This document shows, one piece after another, positions 57,957 through 64,000 of a DNA stretch of 64,000 nt. Position 1 is the stretch's first letter. Each line of letters begins with the position of its first letter. Source of the stretch: Candidatus Obscuribacteraceae bacterium. Its GTDB lineage: Bacteria > Cyanobacteriota > Vampirovibrionia > Obscuribacterales > Obscuribacteraceae. Both the position numbers and the translations under genes were made by a program. The notes under the pieces are model-generated. The model was not told the origin of the DNA and ran no database searches. It saw only the letters and a list, made by a program, of their open reading frames with translations. Where the stretch lies: assembly GCA_044229845.1 (NCBI GenBank), contig JBGASG010000003.1, positions 224,001 to 288,000 of the forward strand. Reading direction: 5' to 3'.

Positions 57957-58229
57957 ATGAGCGACTATATCTGGTATTTGATCATGGCGACAGTGGTCGG
58001 CACGGCATTTCTGCCTCTGCTGCTGCGTCAAAAATGCACGCGCTGCAAGAAACGCATCCTCAAACAGATCAACCAGATAGAAGCCGTCGATCCGGACTTA
58101 CTGCAAGACGAGCCCAAGTTCTCGACCTACTTCTGGTGCAAACCATGCGACATCATTCTGCGTCGGGAGCGCACCGGTCCGCTAGAGATAATCAGCGAGG
58201 CGGAACAAGTTCCGCAAGCCGTTTCTTAA
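57957..58229 (+). CDS. Small membrane-anchored CxxC..CxxC protein
   Basis: ATG at 57957 after GGAG; N-terminal TM; CTRC and CKPC. Confidence 0.6.
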   Translation: MSDYIWYLIMATVVGTAFLPLLLRQKCTRCKKRILKQINQIEAVDPDLLQDEPKFSTYFWCKPCDIILRRERTGPLEIISEAEQVPQAVS

Positions 58230-60291
58230 TCGCATCCAGATCCGTCAAAGGTTTTTCGCAAGCATAGTTTTCGCACAGATAGACGGTCGGCATGCCGTCG
58301 GCCAGTCCGCGCGAGACAAGAAGCGGGCTCTGTGATGTCGTCTCATTCGCTCCTGCGCCACCAAGGATGATGGCACCATTGGGCAAATAGATGCGGTGCA
58401 GAGCAAACAGCACGTCGCGCCAGTCGTCTTTCTGCAGGTCGGCGACCAGTGCTATTTCTACCTTGCGAGCCAGATGAAACTCAAGTGCAGTCAGCAAGCT
58501 GGCAAACTGGAAATGAGCTTTTTCCATCGCCTGTCCGTACAGCCGCAGCACAGCTGCGCCCGTCTTAGAATACTTGTCCTGCCCTGTGAGCACTCCCAGG
58601 CGCAACAGAGCAAATACGGCTACCGATGTGGGTGCCGGCACCGAACTATCAAGGAATATCCTCGTCCGCGTAATCAGCTTTTCGTGCGAATGACTGGTAT
58701 AGAAGAAACCGCCTTCGCTGGCATCGAGAAACTGTTCGACCATCGCATCGGTTATTTCAATTGCAGCGAAGAGCCAGCGCGGATCGGCATCGACCGCCAC
58801 CAGATCGATGAGAGCTTGCGAAAAGTATGAGTAATCATCCAGATAGCCCTTCAGTTTGCTCTGTCCACGTCCATACGTGCGATAGAGACAGCCGTCTCGC
58901 CACATGTGATCGAGAATGAACGCTGCTGCTTTGCGAGCGGCTTCCAGATATCGCTCGTCTCCCAGCACCCCATAACCGGCTGCCAGAGCCGAAATCATCA
59001 GACTGCTCCAACTCGTCAATATCTTTTCGTCGCGCCCCGGACGCACTCGCTTCGACCGCTCTTCCATGAGCTTCTGCTTTAACGGATCGGCTTTTGCGAA
59101 AAACTCCTCCTCGGTCAATTTGAATTTTGTACAGAGTTCCTGCAGTGAAGCGCTGAAACGCGGCACACTCTTGCCGTGCTCGAAGTTGCCGGTCTCCGTA
59201 ATGCTGTATACCTCACAGAACCACTTGCCGTCGGCTTCGCCGAGGATTGTTTTTACCTCCTTGGGGTCGAATACGTAGAACTTGCCTTCCTCTCCCTCGC
59301 TGTCGGCATCCAGACTGCAATAGAAAGGACCCTCCGGTGCCGTCATTTCACTCAGCACGAAGTCCAACAGGTCTTTCGCTACTCGGCGCCAGTATGTGCG
59401 TCCGGTCAAAACATACCCGTCCAGATAGTTCTTGCACAGCAACGCATTGTCGTAGAGCATCTTTTCGAAGTGAGGCACGGTCCAGTATTTATCCACCGAA
59501 TAGCGAGCGAATCCGCCCCCGAGATGGTCGTGGATGCCACCAAATGCCATTTGATCTAGATTCTTCTCCACCATCTCCATTGCCAGCTTGGACGTGGAGG
59601 GAGATGCGTAGGGGACTCGCCGCAGAGCCAGATCGATAATGCCGCAACTGGGGAATTTCGGTCCAGCCGGACTGAAACCACCCCACGTGCGATCGAGTAA
59701 ATGACCGAAGTGCTCAAGCGCCTCATCGACCAGCTTGCCATTGAGATCGGTTTCGCTTTTGGGAACCTGATCAAACAGTGAGAGATGCTCCGTTATCTCG
59801 GCAGCTCCCTCCAGCACACTTTCCGGTTGCTCCTTCCAGGCTCTGTGCACGGACGCCAGAAGCCGCTTAAAAGAGGGCATGCCGTGCCGATCTTCAGGCG
59901 GGAAATAGGTGCCGGCATAAAAAGGCTTCAGGTCAGGAGTCAAAAACACCGTCATCGGCCAGCCGCCATGCCCGGTCAAAAGCTGCACAGCCTTCATGTA
60001 GATCTCATCTATATCAGGCCGTTCTTCGCGGTCTACTTTGATGTTGACGAAAAGCTCATTCATCAGCTCAGCAGTAGCATCATCCTCAAAAGACTCGTGC
60101 TCCATGACGTGGCACCAGTGGCACGCCGAGTAACCGACAGACAACAATATCGGTTTGTTCTCTTCGCGTGACCGCTGCAGAGCTTCATCACTCCACGGAT
60201 ACCAGTCGACAGGATTGTTCTGGTGTTGCAACAGGTACGTACTCGTCTCGTTGGCAAGACGATTCGGTTTGCGCTGGCTCTTACTGGGCAC
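58192..60291 (-). CDS. Thioredoxin-domain protein, DUF255/YyaL (SSP411) family
   Basis: [61 protein letters not shown]. The start is probably GTG at 60291 after GAGGA. Confidence 0.92.
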   Translation of the reverse strand: MPSKSQRKPNRLANETSTYLLQHQNNPVDWYPWSDEALQRSREENKPILLSVGYSACHWCHVMEHESFEDDATAELMNELFVNIKVDREERPDIDEIYMKAVQLLTGHGGWPMTVFLTPDLKPFYAGTYFPPEDRHGMPSFKRLLASVHRAWKEQPESVLEGAAEITEHLSLFDQVPKSETDLNGKLVDEALEHFGHLLDRTWGGFSPAGPKFPSCGIIDLALRRVPYASPSTSKLAMEMVEKNLDQMAFGGIHDHLGGGFARYSVDKYWTVPHFEKMLYDNALLCKNYLDGYVLTGRTYWRRVAKDLLDFVLSEMTAPEGPFYCSLDADSEGEEGKFYVFDPKEVKTILGEADGKWFCEVYSITETGNFEHGKSVPRFSASLQELCTKFKLTEEEFFAKADPLKQKLMEERSKRVRPGRDEKILTSWSSLMISALAAGYGVLGDERYLEAARKAAAFILDHMWRDGCLYRTYGRGQSKLKGYLDDYSYFSQALIDLVAVDADPRWLFAAIEITDAMVEQFLDASEGGFFYTSHSHEKLITRTRIFLDSSVPAPTSVAVFALLRLGVLTGQDKYSKTGAAVLRLYGQAMEKAHFQFASLLTALEFHLARKVEIALVADLQKDDWRDVLFALHRIYLPNGAIILGGAGANETTSQSPLLVSRGLADGMPTVYLCENYACEKPLTDLDAIKKRLAELVPPR

Positions 60292-60403
60292 TTCGACATC
60301 CTCGCGAGAGGCGACAATTATCGCATTGAAGCGCTCGCAGTGCCGCCGCCCGGCTGCCAAGAGCGGACGCCGGAGTGTCGTCAGCAGGTTATGCTTAGGG
60401 CGT

Positions 60404-61711
60404 ATGGATAGCTACGAGTACATCGTTATCGGCGGCGGCGTCATGGGCGCATCAGTTGCGTATCAACTGGCGGCAGAGAAGCGCAGTGTGCTCTTACTCG
60501 AACAGTTTGAAATCGGACACGTGCGATCAGCATCGCATGGCGAATCGCGCATTTTCCGCGTCGCCTACGACCATCCGGACTACATCAACCTGGCTCGAAC
60601 CAGTCTCGAAATGTGGCGCATGATTGAGCAGGAAGCAGGCGAGCACCTGCTTGTCATCACCGGTCTGCTGGACTTCGGACCCAAGAACGACCGCGGACTC
60701 AAGGACACTATTGAAAGCCTGCAATCCGAGGACGAACCATTTGAGAAACTGACGCCGAAAACGACTGCCAAGAAGTTTCCCCAGATTCAACTGCCGGAAG
60801 ACTGCCACGCGATATTCACTAGGGACGCCGGTATTTTGCGGGCAAGCAAATGCGTGAAGGTACTTCTGGACCGAGCCCGACAGCGGGGTGCCCATCTAGT
60901 TGAGTATGCGGCGGTGCGGGAAATTGATGTCTCACCCGATTTGGTAATCGTCTATACAGAGGTGCAGGCTTACTCAGCGAAGAAACTGATCGTTACCGCT
61001 GGTCCGTGGAGCAACAAGCTTCTGCAAAAGAACGACATTCAGCTGCCGCTGACCGTAACGCAAGAACAGGTAGTCTACGTCCGCCCCTCGCATCCCAATC
61101 TTTTTCGCGCCGGCAACTTTCCGGTTTTTTGCGGGCACGGAGGCATCGGCAGCGGTAGCATCGGCTTGTACGGCTTCCCCACCCTCACCGAACCGGGTGT
61201 CAAAGTCGCTTATCACCAGTCCGGCGATGTCACCACAGCCGATACCAGAAACTTCGACCTGAACGAGCCCAAGGCGCGCCGATTAATAGAAGATGCACGA
61301 AAGCTGCTGCCGGATCTGACCGCGGAAATTCAGTCATTCAGTACCTGCCTGTATACGCTGACACCGGATCAGCACTTCATCGTCGACCACCTTCCCGGTC
61401 ATCCCAATGTGGCGATCGGAACCGGCTTCTCCGGTCACGGATTCAAGTTCGCGCCGGTGATCGGACGCATGTTGATCGACATCGTCAGGCACGGGGACAC
61501 CGAGTTTCCGCACGATTTATTCCGCATTTCGCGATTCGCCCAGGCGCCGGTCGAACCAGCCACAACCACAGCAACGCCAGTAGTGCCGACCACCGCCGGC
61601 ACAGTCAAACAAAATTCGGGCGCAAAAACAGGCAAAGCCGGAAAAGCTGCGGCGCCTTCCCCACCGAAGACTGAGCGCAAGAAAGCCAAATCAAAAAAAG
61701 GCCGCAAATGA
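60404..61711 (+). CDS. solA: N-methyl-L-tryptophan oxidase / monomeric sarcosine oxidase family flavoenzyme
   Basis: [22 protein letters not shown] (position of the flavinylated Cys) and [14 protein letters not shown]. The start is ATG at 60404. Confidence 0.8.
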   Translation: MDSYEYIVIGGGVMGASVAYQLAAEKRSVLLLEQFEIGHVRSASHGESRIFRVAYDHPDYINLARTSLEMWRMIEQEAGEHLLVITGLLDFGPKNDRGLKDTIESLQSEDEPFEKLTPKTTAKKFPQIQLPEDCHAIFTRDAGILRASKCVKVLLDRARQRGAHLVEYAAVREIDVSPDLVIVYTEVQAYSAKKLIVTAGPWSNKLLQKNDIQLPLTVTQEQVVYVRPSHPNLFRAGNFPVFCGHGGIGSGSIGLYGFPTLTEPGVKVAYHQSGDVTTADTRNFDLNEPKARRLIEDARKLLPDLTAEIQSFSTCLYTLTPDQHFIVDHLPGHPNVAIGTGFSGHGFKFAPVIGRMLIDIVRHGDTEFPHDLFRISRFAQAPVEPATTTATPVVPTTAGTVKQNSGAKTGKAGKAAAPSPPKTERKKAKSKKGRK

Positions 61712-62925
61712 GCACCGGCGACCTACCGGCACCTACAGATGCCGGTGCAGAGCCAGTCCCGTTCATAGACCTGCACGTCGCACAGCGCATCGCCGAACGC
61801 GCGGCAAATGACTCACTCAGACAACTGCGATTTTTGCTCTGGGCTGTGGTGAGCATCATAACTCCAGGCTGCATCGCAGAATTCGCCGGACTGCACTTCG
61901 GTTCGTACATGACTGTCCCCTACTTTTACTACCTGGCATTGCCTGTCTTCTTTGGAGCATACGCCAGTTCCCAAGAGAGCCTGAAAGTTCAACAGGCGCT
62001 GGCAAAGGGCGACCTGGACGAAGTGTCCATAATATGTCCGCGGGCTGCCGTGTGGAACTACATGTGGTGCCCGGTGACACTGAAGCAATACCAGAACTGC
62101 CTGCTCGCTGAAGAAAGAATGCTGATCGCAGAAGGCCGTTATATCGAACTTGAGGCCATGTTGCGTTATCTCTGGGCTCAAAGCGAACAGCGGGCTGTTT
62201 CAATTGGCATACCCCAGGATGTTTTCATCGCCACTCACCTGGTTATGTCATTGATGGAGCAACAGCGATACGCCGAAGCGGCATTAATCCTGCAGAAACA
62301 GCTGGATTTAGCGAAGCAGAAGGACAAACTGCAGATAGAGTGCCAGCTGGCACTCTGTTACGCGCACCTCGGACGATTCGATGACGCCGACAATCTCATC
62401 CAGGACTGCCGCCAGGAAGGTCGAGTGGTCTATCTCGCCGATCAGTTCACCCTCACTCTCGCCGAGTGCATGATACAGCTAGAGCGCGCCGACCTTGATG
62501 AGTGCGAAGAGTCAGCACAAAAGTGCCTCAAGCTCTGCCAGAAAGTGGACCTGACCGGAGACTTTCAACCTTCCTACAACCGATTGATTGGCAAAATTCG
62601 TGCAAAACAAGAGCGGTACGAGGAAGCGGAACTGAACTTCAGAAACGCCCTCGACCTAGCACAAAGCGCCGCAAATCCAGATTTACTAAGCATCAAAGAT
62701 ATTCTCAACGATTTCGCTACGGTGCTGGCAAAAGCCGGCAAACCCGAGTTGGCCAACGAGAAAACGGCGCAAGCAAACCGCGTCAGAGACATCTACGCCA
62801 GGAGGGAACGCCGGGCGATTTCAGCAATACTTACCCGTCTGGATAACAAACAGAATATCTGGGTGGCGCCGCAGATCTTGTCCACAGAAAGGCGGCGTAA
62901 CTTGCTGGGAGAACGACTCTCGTAG
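61708..62925 (+). CDS. Membrane-anchored TPR protein
   Basis: Two N-terminal TM segments and TPR motifs (RYAEAA, GRFDDA, RYEEAE); ATGA overlap with the oxidase gene. Confidence 0.75.
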   Translation: MSTGDLPAPTDAGAEPVPFIDLHVAQRIAERAANDSLRQLRFLLWAVVSIITPGCIAEFAGLHFGSYMTVPYFYYLALPVFFGAYASSQESLKVQQALAKGDLDEVSIICPRAAVWNYMWCPVTLKQYQNCLLAEERMLIAEGRYIELEAMLRYLWAQSEQRAVSIGIPQDVFIATHLVMSLMEQQRYAEAALILQKQLDLAKQKDKLQIECQLALCYAHLGRFDDADNLIQDCRQEGRVVYLADQFTLTLAECMIQLERADLDECEESAQKCLKLCQKVDLTGDFQPSYNRLIGKIRAKQERYEEAELNFRNALDLAQSAANPDLLSIKDILNDFATVLAKAGKPELANEKTAQANRVRDIYARRERRAISAILTRLDNKQNIWVAPQILSTERRRNLLGERLS

Positions 62926-62939
62926 ATTGGACCCAGCCG

Positions 62940-63545
62940 CTAGGTGAAGCTGGCAGAAGAAGCCAGTTTTGCCTCTTCGTAGATGTGCAGGTGCGAGCGG
63001 ATCACATTGCTGGTGGTGACATATGACTCTTCGATTACCTTGATCAAGTTACTCTCGGAGTCGATAAAAATCGTGATGCTGTCTTCATCAGAGATACTGG
63101 CGAGGACGCGACAGTGACGATTGGCGAATTGCACCGGACGTTTCTCTTCGTACTGACGCTGAAACAGCGGACTGAGAATCTGCTTCCTGAGTTCGAACAT
63201 CAACAGCATCGGCACCATGCCGGTGGCGCCTTTCGACGTCTTGAGAGTCTTCTCTACGGCAGCGGGCAGCGACTCGGCATGCCAGGATTCGCTGGCGGCG
63301 GCGCGCGCTAACGTTTGATATCGCGAATGCAAAATGCCCAACTTCTCCGTCGAGTCGAGACGAATAAACTCGAAATTGAATTTCTCATTACGCACGAACT
63401 CCGTCTGAAAACGGATCAACGTCCCCGTCAAGTCGGGATTTTTGGTCAGCGCTTCGGCGCTCATGTTGGAGGTGACGCCACGATCGCTATAGGTGCGGCA
63501 ACTCGCGTACAAGTTGGCAATCTCAGTGATCAGGTCCGTGCTCAT
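62940..63545 (-). CDS. Hypothetical protein (possibly LolA-like beta fold)
   Basis: 201-aa ORF containing YASCRTYSDRG and TIFIDSESNLIKVIE; ATGA overlap with the upstream gene. Confidence 0.6.
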   Translation of the reverse strand: MSTDLITEIANLYASCRTYSDRGVTSNMSAEALTKNPDLTGTLIRFQTEFVRNEKFNFEFIRLDSTEKLGILHSRYQTLARAAASESWHAESLPAAVEKTLKTSKGATGMVPMLLMFELRKQILSPLFQRQYEEKRPVQFANRHCRVLASISDEDSITIFIDSESNLIKVIEESYVTTSNVIRSHLHIYEEAKLASSASFT

Positions 63546-64000
63546 GCGCTCTTCAGAGCCGCGAGCAGACCGTCGTAGAGATGCATATTGGCGTCGAGGA
63601 CACCGTTCATGCCTGCCTGCACGCTTGCAAAAGCATCATAGTTCTGAGCAAAGAGAACAGCCAGCGCCACTGACTCGTTTGTGTGTTCCTGTTCCAGCAA
63701 AACATGGTTGAACCAGATATGGTGCCCGCAACCAATACGACTGAATGCCACGTGCATGGCTCGAAACTCTTCGACCGCCAGAAGTTCGGTCGCAGTTATG
63801 GCACCGGCTGAAATCGCCGGCTTAATCAAACCGGTAAAGCCGGACTGGCGCAGTGGATAATAATACTTGCCGACGGCCCGCAAAAACTTCTTGATGCCGG
63901 GCATCACCGGCATCGCTAGAAATTCTGCCTCAGAACACCCGGCCGCCAGCGCCACTTCCTTGAGTTGCTGGGCATGATTATCTCGATAGTCGCCATTGCC
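63542..64000 (-). CDS. Heme-oxygenase-like diiron (iron-containing redox enzyme) protein, 5' end outside the window
   Basis: The frame is open to the right edge: ..GNGDYRDNHAQQL..GAITATE..WFNHVLLEQEH, matching the H/E ligand spacing of the family. Confidence 0.6.
   Translation of the reverse strand, partial: GNGDYRDNHAQQLKEVALAAGCSEAEFLAMPVMPGIKKFLRAVGKYYYPLRQSGFTGLIKPAISAGAITATELLAVEEFRAMHVAFSRIGCGHHIWFNHVLLEQEHTNESVALAVLFAQNYDAFASVQAGMNGVLDANMHLYDGLLAALKSA

Noticed and set aside
60155..60403. Extended N-termini of the oxidase and DUF255 ORFs that overlap each other
   Set aside because: Family similarity begins near 60404 and 60291; the shorter starts remove the overlap.

Overview
This is a GC-rich bacterial chromosomal window with three parts. 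(1) 1-21.3 kb is a co-oriented minus-strand accessory locus. It holds two paralogous membrane-anchored VirD4/TraD-like (coupling-protein-like) ATPases, a soluble HerA/DUF87-like ATPase, an acidic partner protein, a ~1350-aa protein ending in LysM-LysM-zinc ribbon, and a >1800-aa repeat protein. That last gene runs off the left edge and is missing from the ORF track. No relaxase, VirB, integrase or nuclease gene is recognisable, so this is the best candidate for an undescribed translocation or secretion system. (2) 21.8-30.4 kb holds a coiled-coil protein, an MshEN-like/TPR/cNMP/DUF4388-like signalling protein, selA, a stand-alone HTH and rlmB. These are followed by tRNA-Thr/Tyr/Thr, tuf and a complete S10-spc-alpha ribosomal supercluster ending truA-rplM-rpsI (30.5-51.7 kb). 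(3) 51.8-64 kb holds hypothetical and housekeeping genes: DUF296, glycine zipper, TMTC-like glycosyltransferase, DUF255/YyaL, SolA-like oxidase, TPR, and a heme-oxygenase-like fragment. Ribosomal protein sequences look cyanobacteria-like, but rpmD, map and rpsD sit inside the cluster. I infer a non-photosynthetic Cyanobacteria relative such as Vampirovibrionia/Melainabacteria. All calls come from reading motifs by eye; no database search was run.
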